A stretch of DNA of 64,000 nt from Chrysomallon squamiferum (Eukaryota > Animalia > Mollusca), in assembly GCA_012295275.1 (NCBI GenBank), contig CM022671.1, forward strand, positions 30,256,001 to 30,320,000, given 5' to 3'. The notes below the pieces were generated by a model. It saw nothing but the letters and a program-made list of their open reading frames with translations, searched no databases and had not been told where the DNA came from. The position numbers and the translations under genes are program-made. Every line of letters begins with the position of its first letter. Positions within the stretch are counted from its first letter, which is position 1. Shown piece after piece: positions 14,488-30,135 of this stretch.

Positions 14488-14660
14488 ATGATGCAAATGT
14501 TTTGTACACTTTAACTCCTGAAGTAATACTGATGGTTTGTAAATGAGCTATCACAATAAATATGCAAATAAATAAATAAATAAAACAACACATCTCTCTC
14601 ACATTAAATGATGAAAATGTTTTGTAAACTTTAATAACTCGAGTAATACTGATGTTTGTA
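14488..14660. repeat. Diverged ~53-bp direct duplication
   Basis: ATGATGCAAATGTTTTGTACACTTTAA...AGTAATACTGATGGTTTGTA (14488-14541) versus ATGATGAAAATGTTTTGTAAACTTTAA...AGTAATACTGATGTTTGTA (14608-14660). Confidence 0.75.
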
Positions 14661-15526
14661 CAGCAGATACCAAAAATTATTAATACAAAATAAAATAAAA
14701 TAAAATGAAATAAAAAATAAATAATTAAATAAACATACATCTTGTGTTTTGACAATTTAAAAATCTGTCTAAACTTTTGAAAGCAGTAGTGTTAAGAATG
14801 ATTATTTTCAAGATATACAAAAGTTTATTTAATTTTTAAACAGCTGGTCAGAAATCAGTAAACCATTCCAGTTTATAATTAAATGAACATTTGGGTTACT
14901 TTATTTTTAAACAAGAGTAACAATCCTATTCTGTATTTTGTTACCTGCGGAAACCCTCCTACTTCTATAAATATGAATAACATCGTCGTAAATAACATCT
15001 CTATTCTCAAAAAAAAAAAAATATAAAAAATAAAAAAATAAAAATAAAGGAGAGATAACAACAGAGAAAAACAGAACAAAAAAGGAAAAGACCACCATTT
15101 AGAATCCTTCTGTTAATAACCCTTCTCTATGTAACAAAAATTCCTTTTAATTAAGAACACTTAACTGAAATGAAATCAAAATAAATTTGACGCTATCAAA
15201 ATGGCGCCGACAAATGCGCTCGCGAGCGCGTTATCACGTGGAAAATCAACACTTTGAGATTCATCTGAACAAACACTGGCCGAGCTGGAGGCGAGGCCAC
15301 CAAGCAACAAGCAGTGTTAACAGTTAAACATTGCTGCCACAGACTCGTTTTACATCCACACGCTAACCCATTAAAGCATGCATGATTAGTCGCAGTCGTA
15401 TCACCGCAATTGTTCTGTTAAATTAGAAAAAAGAAACTCTTTTAATACTTCCAAGTAAAAACATTTCTAATATAATGTTGTAACTATTTCGGTAAACACA
15501 AAAATCACGTTACAACATCTCTCGCT

Positions 15527-15560
<34 letters not shown>

Positions 15561-15589
15561 CATCATTTTTTTTTTTTTTTTCTTTTTTT

Positions 15590-15629
<40 letters not shown>

Positions 15630-16243
15630 TACAGCTTTCTAAAAAAAAAATAGCCCAACAGAACACATATCCCTATTTTCAATCCAACTTCCAAAACAAT
15701 CCCAACACCACCTATCTTCCTATTTTTTCTCTTTTTTTATTATTATTTTTTTTTTTTTTTTTTTTTGGCGGGAATTAAAAAAAAGAAAAAGAAAAAAAGA
15801 ATAGCATCTGCAAACCGTGAAACACAAAGCAGACGTCAGCACGTGAAAGAGTTAACACTGTTTGTGTACAACGCATTTCTTCTCACTGTTCTTGTTTCAT
15901 TAATTATTCATTATAAATCAACAGTATGAGGTATTGCACACTGAAACGTTTAAACAGGTTTTTTAATAACAAAATAAACTCGGATGTAAGGAGTAGGCTA
16001 CATTTGTTATTGTTTTGAAATGATTATACGGCGAGTAATCAAAGTTTGCTTTTATTTGCCTCTAATTAGTTAATGAGTTAATTATCACAATTAAACACTT
16101 GAATGAATGATTATTTTTAGTATTTGTACAAGTATCAGTCGATGTATTATGATTTAGCTTTAATTAGGAACTAAAATGATTATAATAAAAAAATAAAAAA
16201 AGAGAGAGAAAGAGTCACTTTTTTTAGTTTATTTATTTATTTA

Positions 16244-16325
<82 letters not shown>

Positions 16326-16544
16326 TTAAGGACATTAAACCATATTCGTCTATCAGTAGCTATTGAATTAAGCTATTTGGTGTTTCTATTTACCAGAGAG
16401 ACAACCAGTTATAACTTCAGCCATATATAATTATTCAGTATCAAACTTGAACATCTGACTATAACCAGAAAGGAATATTAAAACAAAATAATAATAATTA
16501 TTATTTTATTAGTAATTAAAGTTAAACAGCGAAACTGAACTTAT

Positions 16545-16633
<89 letters not shown>

Positions 16634-17872
16634 TACACACACACAAACATATTCTTTTATAATTAATTTATTTACTCCCAACAACCAACAACATTTTATT
16701 ATCTAAAGCATTATTAATTCGTTAACCTAAAAGCAGATAAAAAAAAATCTACGAGGGAAAAAAAAAAAAAAAAATGTTCAGTAATGGGTACCACGTATAG
16801 CGTGCTTAGACGGCAGCTATAAATTAAAAGGCACTACGATGATGACTAAAACAGACCGCTGTTTCGTATCACCTGAAAGTTGACTCACGCAGAGTCGCGG
16901 CTCTTACCTAACAAAATGTCTGTTTTGTCGACGATAGGCCGTGGACACGAGTCGTTTGCTGCACTTGGCGATATTTATTTGTCAAAGTGCTGCGAAAGAG
17001 GAGCAACAATAATAGGTGATCGCGACTACAAAAGACGCCGCTTGACATCAAAGTTTACGGTCTCAAAGATCTGCAATCATTTCAGCTTTGATTGGTGATC
17101 CTCTTCCTAACACCTTACAAGTCGTCTGCGACCCAAACGTTTAAACGATGAGCTGGTTCTTTGTCAATTGTACCGCCTCGCAGTGGCAATAACAGCGCGG
17201 CAAGGCGGACACCAGTCAATGATAATTTGATGATGATAGTCGACGCATTAGGAGCGACCCTTGACCCCAACCCACCTCCCCCATTGCGACGTCGTCTAAA
17301 AGAATTGCTAATAATGTTTTCTTGCAGCGACAGTTCGTCGTTGTAGCAGTTTTTAGTGTGCGATGATTAATGTCGAAAGGTTTCATGTTTGTTTTCAAAG
17401 TCGACCGCGGAGACGGCGATAAAGCGACCACCCGACGTGCCGGAGGTCGTGGGATCGACCCTCATCTATTACACGTCACTGACATTTATTATTTTTCATT
17501 TATTCTAAACTTGCAACAAGTTAATATTTTTGTGTATCAAAAAGCTATCATAAATAAAACGGCTATTAAGAAGAAATCGTTTTTTTATTTAGTTTTAAGC
17601 TTCTTTTTTTATCCTATAAAATTTTAAATTCAGAATATTTAATGTTATATTTAACATAATGTATTTAGATAAAGAATACATAACAAAGTTTTACAATTTA
17701 AAATTGAGCATAAAGAACTAAACAGAAAGAGAGTAAGTGGGTGAATGAGTGAAAAAGTGAGTGAGATACTGAGAAACAGAGAGGCACAGAGAGAGAGAGA
17801 TTAAATCGAAGAAGAGAGAGATACAAACGGCAGAGACAGAAAGAAATGAGAGAGAAAGAGAGCGTGGCATCG

Positions 17873-17989
<117 letters not shown>

Positions 17990-18279
17990 AGTTAAAAAAA
18001 TGGATAAACTTAAATGAAACAATCTGGTTATATGACATCACTGATAACTATAAATAAATACTTGGTGTTTGAAAAAAAGAAAGAAAATATTAAACATTGT
18101 AAATTGTCAGAATTAGATATTAACTAGTACATTTGAAATATTTTATTTAAATTTAGATAATATTATTTCTGGCGATATTTCCTTTAGATTCTGTAGAATA
18201 TAGGAATATATTTCTGTTCAGATCTGAATGGAGAATACTGTGTTTTACATCTATTTGACATTGAGAGAGAATATTTCAT

Positions 18280-18340
18280 ATCGAAATAATTAAATAATAA
18301 ATAAATCTATATATAATATAATATAATATAAAATCCTGCA

Positions 18341-18399
<59 letters not shown>

Positions 18400-18441
18400 G
18401 GTTATAATGAATATGATGACGATGATGATTATGATTTTTTG

Positions 18442-18500
<59 letters not shown>

Positions 18501-18561
18501 TGCAGGATTTTATATTATATTATATTATATATAGATTTATTTATTATTTAATTATTTCGAT
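18280..18561. repeat. Long inverted repeat (fold-back), ~118-bp arms with a ~45-bp spacer
   Basis: ATCGAAATAATTAAATAATAAATAAATCTATATATAATATAATATAATATAAAATCCTGCAA+(AAT)n on the left is the exact reverse complement of (TTA)n+TTGCAGGATTTT...ATTATTTCGAT on the right. Confidence 0.9.
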
Positions 18562-18922
18562 TTATACAAACTATAAAACATTTCAACATTTCCGTCCATT
18601 GTTCATTTCTTTGTTTAATCAGTAACTGACGCAAACAAATTTACTAAATTTTGTCTTTGTCGTGTACTCAATACCCGAGATTATCTATGCACGATTTTCA
18701 TGTTTTAAGTTTATTTGTTCATTTACTTAACATTGATATTTAATACTGCAAAATTTTATAATTTTACACAAAATATTAACAACAAACATGTTCGATTGAT
18801 TTCGATAAATTATTACTAGTGCTATAACTACTGCTACTATATTACTACTACAGCCTCTGCAACTACTATTGCCACGGCTAGTAATACTGCTATTACTATT
18901 AAAATCGTTATTATTATTGTTG

Positions 18923-18971
<49 letters not shown>

Positions 18972-20847
18972 AAAGGCATAGTTTTATGCTTTATATGGAG
19001 ATGTGACTATTTTTTATTATTATTTTTTCAATCTTTTATTGTTTATTTATTCGTTTCTTTGTTTTATTTTTATTTTTCGAATTTTTAATTTTTTGTTTCT
19101 ATAATCATTTTTCTACAGTTTAATTAAATATACAACGTTTCTAACAATATGAATAAATAAATAAATAAATAAAATTACATAATCCAAAATGCTTAAAGAG
19201 CACGGCTATTTTTTAACTTTAAAAATGCAGTGGATTCATTTATTTACTTTTTTCTACATTTAAACAAACAATATCAGCATGAATGCAATTTTCACAAATC
19301 TACAGACAATTTTAATATTGTTACACCCTTTGAAGATGTCGACAATAAAGCGTTTGTTACATTTACAGTAATCGCTACTTATACTATTATTATTTTAGCT
19401 GCATTTATTAATGTCGCTAACGCTGGCGTTGATGATGCTACTAAGACAACGCTGCAGAATGGTCTTATTACATGTGTAATTGTCTACTGTTTTATATTGC
19501 TACTTGTTTCAGGTTTAAGCAATTGCCATACTGTTGACGATACTGATTAAAATTACAGTAGTAAATTACAATATTACTGATACTACTAGTACTTTTTACA
19601 GCAGCTGCTGCTGTTACTACTATTACGACAAATACTACTACTACTACTGCTACAACTTCCACTGCTTCTACTATAACGACTACAATCATAACTACTACTA
19701 CTACTATTACTACTTTTACTTCCACTACTATAACTACACTACTTCTACTACTACTATTTCTGCTAACATCACTTCCACCATTACTGCTACGACAACCACT
19801 GCAATATTACTATTACAACTAAATCTATAAAGATTTTACTATTTACCACTGCCACTAACAACACATCAGATGACAAAATTAAGTAGTTTGCTAGGTTAAA
19901 TTTAGAATTATAATTCTTTATATTATTCCTGCTCCTCTTTCTACTTCTAGTACTTCACTTCTTTTCTTGTTACTACTACTACTTTTCCTACTAGTGGTGC
20001 CATTAAACAAGTTGCTCTTACTACTGAAATACTTCGGTAAATATAAACCACTTGATTTTTAGAGGTTAACAAATAGTGTATAAAACAAGAGTGAAGATTT
20101 ATTTCTGTACTAGATGTCCTCTTTCATGCGTACTTTTCTACTTCTTCTTCTGCGTCTGTTATTACTATTTAACTACGAAAATCGTAAGAAAATCTGACAC
20201 GTAATTATAACAAATATTAAATACGCTGAGATATCTTTAATATATATATATTTTTTTCTGTATATTTTTACTTTATTTTTATTAATATTTTTATATAACT
20301 TTTACTTTATTTATCGTCATCTTTTTTTTTTAATTTTTATTATTTATTCTTATCATTTTTTTTCTTTTCTTTTTTTTCACTTTCTTAAACATGAACTCCG
20401 TGGCTTTTTCCCTGTCGGAACGGTTACACACCTTGAGCACGCGGCATTTACCTGTATTGTGTAGGTATACAGGTAAAATAGGTGTAATTCGAGGGTGTTC
20501 GACAGTGTCAGTGGGAACAGCTTTCCGGAGACATGCACACAAAGCGTTACTAAATGCGAGGGTGGGAAAGATTTTTTTTTTTCAAAAATGAATTTGTCAA
20601 TGAAGATACGATAATTATATACTTGACTCTTAACTACAAATAGTGACTGAAATTTCCGTTACTTCGGCTGATCGGCGGAGACATGGAAAGAAAGAAAGAA
20701 AGAAGGATAGATAGACAGAAAGAAAGTATGCTTTGTATGTAAATATTATATAAATCTGTGGTCTAACTATCCATGTATTTTTTCCATCTCTCTTATTGTC
20801 GTTATCTGTGTATCTCTCTCTGTTAATAATTTATCTGCCTCTATCTC

Positions 20848-20936
<89 letters not shown>

Positions 20937-21434
20937 TTATCAATCTATCTATCTGTCAGTCTGTCTTTCTCTATCAGTCTATCTTTCCATATCTATAGCA
21001 ATATATTTATCTATGTGTGTCTACATAAACACATACCTACCTTCCTAACTATCTTACACGTCTACATTTCTATGAACCTATCTATCTAACCATCTATATT
21101 TCCACAGTCTAAAAGCGAATGTATCTGATTGTAATTTAATTCGTTCGTGAGTTAACGTTTGTAATTAAAAATATTGTTTCTTAAGTTTTAAAAATAACAT
21201 TTATTAGAAAAACAAATAAGAATATTCAATTTGGAAAAAAATAAAATAAAATAAAGAAACTTTCTACGGTCGTTTTAAGAATTATTATTAACACAACGAG
21301 CGGGGATATTTTGTTTGCATAATTATTATAGGAGAATAATAAAGAAATATATTAACAATAACACAGTAACAAAATAATCATCAACAACAAAACGAAGAAT
21401 ACCAAAAATCGGATTATAATAATAATAAAAATAT

Positions 21435-21465
<31 letters not shown>

Positions 21466-22003
21466 ATAATAATAAAAATAATAATTATAATTATAATTAT
21501 AATATCAACAACAACAATAATAATAATATCAGAAATATAAAATAAGCACAAAAGAATAAATATAAAACAAGAAAATTCAGAAAAAAAAAACGTTTGAAGA
21601 AATTCGAAGGTTATCATTTATAAAATTAGTGCTTTTTTAATAAAGAAATTTCCTCATTAAAAATGTAATACGTGTATAATTTATAATTTATTATTAATAA
21701 TAATATTATTATTATAAATACAAAAATTAAAAAATATCTGGAACTTTCCGAATTAAGTTAAGATCAGACAAGATACTGGGTAAAATTATAGGTAATCGAT
21801 GTGAATTATTTTATATTTTATTATACTTATTTAAATTTAACTGTAAACAAATGTTTGACTTCTTTCTTTTTTTCGACATTTTCAGTTATTCGTTCTTCGT
21901 TTTATTAATTATTTCGTTCTTTTATTTTATTTATTTCTGTTTTATTTTCATTTATTTTTGATGCTACAAATTGATGAATATTAATTCTTCATTTCAAGTA
22001 AGT

Positions 22004-22035
<32 letters not shown>

Positions 22036-22158
22036 TTAAATTTTATTTAAAGAAGAAAAAAGTAAAAGAAAAGAATAAGAAAATTCTAAAAATAAACCAT
22101 TTAAAAGTTTGGTAACATTTTATGTTTTTTATTTCTTACAAATTACTATATTAATTTA

Positions 22159-22210
<52 letters not shown>

Positions 22211-22754
22211 AAAACGAAAAGCGTATTCCAGCAATTTACATTGAAAAAGAGAAAAAAATAAAATAACAACGATTTATTAAATTATAAAACTTTCAAAAAC
22301 ATCGAAAACTAAATAATTAATCTGTTAACCGTTAAACATTTCTAATTAATAATACCGTTACATGATAATATTTGTAGTAAATTTATAAATATTTTCTTTG
22401 TATATACATCATTTTTCCTTGCCTCTAGGTCATCATAACATAGTAATAGAATAATAAATATTTTAACAGCAAGAAAAAAAAAAAAATACTGACGACTTCA
22501 TTAATACTTGACGATTTTGCATAAATAAATTATCACACATTCGTTAATACCAAACTGTACAAACATATTGTTTTAAAAAAAAAGAATATATATATACTCA
22601 GATGTATTTTATTTCTGCTTGAAAAAGATAATTCAATATACATATGTAGATACGTATGAACATATATATATATATATATATATATCTATATCAGAACACA
22701 CTTTATATAACGGTTAATTGCATACTCACAGAAAGCAGTTTTGGTTCTTGAACA

Positions 22755-22945
22755 GTTAACCCTTCCACGCAACTGGCGTTAAGCTGTCACGCTGGATCCA
22801 AAACAGCTACCGTGGCAACGCACGTGCTAGTCACACTTATCACCTGCTCGTGCGCACGCTCTTCACACGCAACCAATGAGAACGCGGGCTTTGTGGAGCT
22901 TCAGGAAATTGACAGGACATCCGCCCAAAGATTAAACACTTACGG
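22755..22945. promoter_or_regulatory. Promoter/enhancer-like CpG-rich island (X-box, E-box, CCAAT, GC box)
   Basis: GCTACCGTGGCAAC (RFX X-box-like, 22806-22819), CACGTG (22821), CACCTG, AACCAATGAG (22871) and CCGCCC (22921) within ~170 bp. Motif evidence only. Confidence 0.4.
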
Positions 22946-23593
22946 CTCTTATTCAAGATTCATGAATTTTTAAAAAGAAAACTGATGAAGGAACAGCAAC
23001 TTCATGATAGGACAAACACGACTGGAAAAACCCCCGAAAGAACGAACCGAACGAACGATGATCAGTCTGACAAACTAAACTAAGAAGCCAATACTGAAAG
23101 TCTTTTAAAAATCCAGCGGTGTGTAGTTGTGTTGAAAATTTTTCAACCCAAATTGCCCACGTCTTAATTTCAATGGAGAGAGAATGACAGACACTTTTAT
23201 TTTATTTTATTTTATTTTTTTTATGTTTTTTTTTTCTCCTTCTTTTTATACCTCGTTTTTTTATTCCGTCACGCGGAAATAAGTAATACTAGGAGAAAGG
23301 CTATCTTACGTCGCTGAGCGGTGTGTGAAATAGAGAGACCCCGGTGTTTAATTAAGTGCAACCGGCCATACAGCGAGGCCGAAACGTCGTAAAACACTCC
23401 CCACCTTCCGTGTCTTCTTCGCCTTCTACCCCGATTTCACTTCTTCTTCTTCTTCTCTGGTGATTTTTTGTATCGGTCGAGTAACAATTATCTCTCGCAC
23501 TACATTCCTGTCTTTGTTGTCTGTTTCTCTCTTTTTAATTCTCTCTCAGGCTCCCTTGCTCTCATTCTCTGTCTTCCAATCTCTCTTTTTCTT

Positions 23594-23671
<78 letters not shown>

Positions 23672-23672
23672 A

Positions 23673-23918
23673 CTGTGTCGTTAAGTATTTCGTTAAGTAT
23701 TTTTATTTATGTACGTTACGTTGAATACAAATTTAAATATTCTGAAATTAAAATGTTCATGATTTTTAAAGTATAAAATACATATTTTCTTTCCAGATGT
23801 GCTCTCTCTCTCTAGTTGTTTATTATCTGTGTTGTTAAGTATTTCTATATTTATGTACGTTACGTTGAATATAAAATTCAATATTTTCAAATTAAAATGT
23901 TAATGATTTTAAAGCACA

Positions 23919-23924
<6 letters not shown>
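23673..23924. repeat. Diverged ~100-bp direct duplication between CT microsatellites
   Basis: Both copies (23673-23781 and 23827-23924) share CTGTGT..TTAAGTATTT...TTTATGTACGTTACGTTGAATA...AAATTAAAATGTT.ATGATTTT...AAAATAC. Confidence 0.8.
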
Positions 23925-24012
<88 letters not shown>

Positions 24013-24514
24013 TATTAACACAGACGTATGGATTCTTTTTCCCCTATGTTTTGCAGACAAGAGTCGTACAAGTGTTTCTGTCAAATCTGCTCAGATTTGT
24101 ACGTGTCCAGCGCAACTGTCAGTTTTCCGCCCTAATCAAAGCAAACTGTGGTAAATTCTAAAAGTTCCAGTGAATACATTTTTGTCTCTTAAAGGCTGCG
24201 TTCATTACAAACGGGAAATTAATCCCTATTGTCGCGTTACAAATGAGGAAATACGATTTTAGGATCGTCAAAGGCAAGTACGTATTCGCTGTCTTCATCT
24301 TTTGGTTTTTGCACACGCATCGTCTGCGAAATGAACGCTGGGATGTTCTGAAGGTAGTGACGACATCCGCCAAACCGTAGTTAATCAACAAGCGGCTGTG
24401 CTCGTTTTGACAGAATATTACCACAGTAAACGAATTTGTTTTAATTAGCACGAGGCACTGATTGGGTTCTTATGAATGCAAATAATTTTAATTTTTGTTT
24501 GTTTATTTGTTTGC

Positions 24515-24547
<33 letters not shown>

Positions 24548-25001
24548 GATAGAGTATTGGTATGAAACATTTTGAATATTTTTTGTTTTTTTGTTAATAA
24601 TTTACTTTTTTTCTACATTTTATTTTTATTTTCTTCTTTTCCTTTCGTTCTTTCTTACTTTCATTCCTTTAAAATGTAATATTTTTTTCCTGATGATGAT
24701 GATGATGATTTAATTTTTGTTGATGTTTGTTTGAAATAAGTGTTTTATACAATTACAAATGATAGTAGTAGTAGTAAGTAAGACTAGTAGTAGTAAGTAG
24801 TAGTGTAGTAATTTATTGTTATTATAAATATAAAATAAATTCTAGTCTGTTATTATAATAGTACTAAGAAACAGTAACAATAATAATAAAATAAAAGAAC
24901 AGTAATAATAATAGTAGTAGTAGAAGCAGTGGAAGAAATATGATGATATATGAAATGATGATGATGATACGTATAAATAAGTAGTAGTAGTAGTAGTAGT
25001 A

Positions 25002-25420
25002 GTATGTAGAATAAATAAAAACTAAAGAAATTATTAATATGCGTATAAATAACTGTGTGTATATTGTAAGTATGTAGAATAAATAAAAAACTAAAGAAAG
25101 TATTATGTGTACGTATAAATAACTGTGTGTATATTGTAAGTATGTAGAATAAATAAAAAACTAAAGAAAGTATTATGTGTACGTATAAATAACTGTATTT
25201 ATTTTATATGTATGTCGAATAAATAAAAAACTAAAGAAAGTGTTATATGTATGTATAAATAACTGTTTATTTAATGTGTATGTAGAATACATATGATAAA
25301 TAATGATAGTGTTTTGTATACGTATAAAGAATGTGTATTTTATATGTATGTAGAAGAACTATACTAAATAGCGATAGTGTTATCTGTACGTATAAATAAA
25401 TGTATATTTAGTATATGTAA
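25002..25420. repeat. Minisatellite, ~70-bp unit, ~6 copies
   Basis: TATGTAGAATAAATAAAAAACTAAAGAAAGTATTATGTGTACGTATAAATAACTGTGTGTATATTGTAAG recurs at ~25003, 25071, 25141, 25211, 25279 and 25347, degrading rightwards. Confidence 0.9.
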
Positions 25421-26065
25421 GTATGTGTGTATGTCTGAATAAATTGTAGTTTTGTACACAGGTATAATATATCAATGAGAGTGAAACTACTTACGTTCAT
25501 AGACACACTTGTATTCACGTCCATATCTCCTCACCTCACAGGTGATTTCAGATGGTTTCTTCTTCTTCTTCTTCTTCTATTGTTTCGTTTTTATTTCGTA
25601 ATACAATTTATTTTCAGTATAATTTTTTTTATTTAATTTTTTTTATTTTTTATTTACGGTATTTGCCTTTATAAAGGCGATGTCTTTTCAACTGTGTCAC
25701 GTGACTGCAATTATTTCCACCATAGCTAAAAATATTATGTTGCTGCTCTATATTGTTTGCACTAAGTGACTTATCCGAGTTGTTTTGTCAACAAACTAGC
25801 TCTCGCATATAGCCCAGGGCTAGTTTTTAACATGTCTTCATCAGTTTTAGAAAACGAACCATTTAATACTGATATGTTCCGAAATTTCATAAATATTTTG
25901 AATTGCATTTTGTATAAGTTGCTGTTATCCTGGTATGTGTGTTTATTTTTTGTTTGTGTGCGGCAGGAAATTTGTGTCTGGGTGTATCTTTGTGACTAAG
26001 TATGTATGCATGTATCTGTATGAATTATGTTTGAATGTCACTATCCTTTTATATCTATCTATCTA

Positions 26066-26098
<33 letters not shown>

Positions 26099-26633
26099 GC
26101 CTGTCTGTCCATCTATCTATCTATCTATATGTATATCTGTCTATCTGTCTATGTGTCTATCTATCTGTCTGTGTGTCTATCTGTCTAGCTAGCTTTATGT
26201 CTATCTATTTATCTATCTGTCTATCTAGCTATATATACATATGAGTCTAAATATATTTTTTTATACCCATCTACCTATCCATCCATCCATCCATCCATCC
26301 ATCCATCCATCTTCTGTGTCTTCCTATATATAAAAAATATTAAGATGAGCGATTTAAAACGATTTTATATTAAAGAAAAAAGTCTCTAGGCTACTTTTAC
26401 AGAAGTATTGTAATGTTTATTGTCGTTCGATTGTTTAATAAACAAAATAAATGCAAATTTACGGGTGTGTCCATATTTCTATATCTACGTATATTTGTGA
26501 ATATATTTCATCGTGTGTGTGTGAATTATAATCATTTTCGTTTTCACAGTTTTTTACGTTACATATCTGAAAATCCGGGAAATCTTTTTTGTTTTTTCTT
26601 TCTTTTTTTTCTTCTTAATATATATATTTTTAA

Positions 26634-26664
<31 letters not shown>

Positions 26665-26800
26665 TAATTTTTAGATTTAATTTATTTAATTTTGTTTTTA
26701 TTTTCATTTGTTTGTTTGTGTTGTTTTGTTTTATCTTTTAACAGGTAATAGAAAACTATTAATAGATTTCTAATCGTAATAGGATAGGTCGCTTATGAAG

Positions 26801-26835
<35 letters not shown>

Positions 26836-27379
26836 GAAAACAAAAACAACATGTATAAAGAAATATTTATTTAAAATATATTTTTCTTAATTAATAATCT
26901 TTTTAATATTTTAAAAAGAAGTCAGTACGTATTAATATTAACACCATCATTATTATTTGTTTTTTTTTGGGGGTTTATTTTATTGTTATTCCTATTGTTT
27001 TTGTTGTTTCTGTTTTCTTTATTATCAACATTTTAAAAATAATATTTAACCTTCTGTATTTTGATTTTAAATGAAGTTAATTTTAAATAATGATACGATT
27101 TAGAAAAAAAAAAAATTCTATACATTAAAAGAAAAAATATTATGAATTTAATTAATATAATTAGAGTGATTAAAATAAAATAAAACAGAATAAAATTAAA
27201 TTTAAAAAAGATAAATAAATAAAATAAAATAGAATAATAATAGTGAAAGGAATAAAAACAAATATAAACGTTAACAAACAAACAATAAAAAAATATATAT
27301 ATAAATAAATAAGTAAAATGAACGAAAGCCAAAAATTAGTAATAAATTTTAAGATGAAATTTAAGCAATAAATTAATTT

Positions 27380-27435
<56 letters not shown>

Positions 27436-29061
27436 AATTTAAAATTTTAAAATGTAAAAAAAAAAAAAAGAAAGAAAGAAAAAAAAAAAACAGACCATAA
27501 ATAAGGCAATGTTTGAAATAGTGCAAACTCATTGTTGTAATAACTCTGTACGAATACGCTGTAAGGAACAATTAGATAAGCCACGTTTTTCTCGGCGTTG
27601 TTATTTCAGTTTCTTGACCCAGTCACGGCTCAGTGAACAGCGAAAAGGTACACAGCCTCGCACTTTCTCCAATGAACAGATCAGTGACCGCGTCAAGTGG
27701 CATCTGTCGATCTGCATACTCCCACCTACCTGAGAGACACGCCCACCGGTAACGCCCCTTTAATATTTTAACGCGATTTGATCGGTTGACGGCGAACTGA
27801 CGGTTTTTTTGTCGTTCTCCGTGTTACTGATGTTTTTACGTGGGCTATTCTGCTTGCGAACACACACGTACATCCACTGAGGCTCAGTGGTTAGAGCGCA
27901 GGTCTGACACCCGTTAGGTTAAATGATCAACAGCCACTTAGTGAACATGTACGGTTTACCCGTAACTAGTTTGTCAAGCGTTATGGTATGTATTTTCCCA
28001 ATGTCATTTGGGAAGGTGTTTATTACAGATGACTTTGTGCTAATTGATAATATGGAGCAGAATGTAGAATGGGTCTTCCTTTGAAAATATCAAATCAGTA
28101 ATACTGGAAATGAATTACTGTTAAATAACGATACATAATTACATACCAGTCCTATTTATCCACTCACCCATCTACATGCATCAAAAACACATATTATTTT
28201 CTTACCCCTCTTTTTAGTAAACTATTAATAATAATTTTTATTTAAAAAAAAAAGAAAAAAAAAAAAAAAAAAAAAAAAGAAAAAAAAGGAATAAAACCTA
28301 CATGCTTTACAAATACATATTCGTCTGAAAAAAACTATTAATAATCATAATGTTTCGTTTAAAAAAATAAAAAATAAAAAAAAGGAAAAATATTTAAAAC
28401 ACCTGCAACAGCTCACGGCAGCCAGCAATTTAATAAAGACTGCCTCGATTTTATTATTGTAATGATAATTGTTGTGTTTTTTTTGTTGTTTTTTTTAAAT
28501 CTTTTTTATTGTTTTTTTTTTTTTTTTTCTTCATTTTATTTCATTTCATTTCATTATATTATACTGCACTGCATTTTATTTTACGCGAATTCACTTTATT
28601 TTATGTTTGCATTATTTTAACTGATTTTATTTATTCATTCATTTATTCATTCATTTATTTATTTTATTTCATCTTATCTTATTTTATTATGATTATATAT
28701 ACATACATACACACACACACACACAAACACACACAACACACACACACCCACACACATATTAATTTAAGTAATACTTTATCTGTATAAAACGTATGGCATT
28801 TTTTTACAAAAAAAATATGCACGCTAGTATACCACACACACATTTAAATTTGTCCTAGATTATATATATATATATAATCATACTTTTCATCTAATACTTT
28901 ATAATAATATCACTGTACATTCAAAATTTTGTTTTGGTATGGATCTGGAAAGAATATGTCACATACTTAGAGTGTATACGTATATGAGTTTTTATTTATT
29001 TATTTTTTTTGTGTGTTTATATGTTTGTATGTATGCATGTGTTTATGTCTATATATACGTA

Positions 29062-29111
<50 letters not shown>

Positions 29112-29799
29112 CTGTTTTTAAAACTGTTATTTTTTCAACACAACAAAGACGCATGCACTCATTCGTTCGGAGTAATAAAATGTTTAGTGTTTTGCACTCG
29201 AACCGACCTCGAGTTTCTTAAGTACGCCTGTGTATTTACTGTCTTATATTTATATTTTGTAATGTCATGTTACGTTACGTTACGTTACGTTACGTATTAT
29301 TATTACATTATATTATGTTATATCATATTATATCATATATTCATATATAACATTATAATACATTATAATGCATTATAATTATAATATTATATTATATTAT
29401 GTTGTATTGTTTTATATTACATTACATTACATTATATTATATTATATTTTTATATTATATTATATTATATTATATTATATTATATTGTACTACATTTTAT
29501 TGTACTGTAGTACAGCGTAGTATAGTATTGCATAGTAATATATATTATATTATACTATATTATATTATATTATATAAATTATATTTTATTATGTTATTGA
29601 TATACGCAGCAGATCTTAGCACATACTCTCTAGCAAAGAGTGTGTGAACTGGTGTATTTGTCTATTCTGTTATATAATAAGATAAATACTGCAAAGAGCT
29701 GACTGAGATGTACGGAATGGAAACGTCTGTACGACTGTTTTGTTAGATTAGAGAAAACAACAAAAATCACACAGACAAAAAAAAAAAAAAAAAAAAAGG

Positions 29800-29831
<32 letters not shown>

Positions 29832-30049
29832 ATCGGTTACTTCTATGAATCAGCAGCAAAGAATATTCGTGAACGCTTTTTGTATATATAAAAAGCAGAA
29901 TAACAAGTCTGAAGAGAGACAGGATCAAAACACACACACAAAAAGAAAACATTTTCTAAATGTATGCATCTGAATGTATCATGCATGTTTCCATAAATAT
30001 TTTATTAATAAACTGTTTTTGTTTTTTAATGAGAGAGAGAGAGAGAGAA

Positions 30050-30135
<86 letters not shown>

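Noticed and set aside
27878-27950. tRNA-like start GGCTCAGTGGTTAGAGCG
   Set aside because: No B-box/T-arm or acceptor stem. At most a SINE relic, not a tRNA gene.
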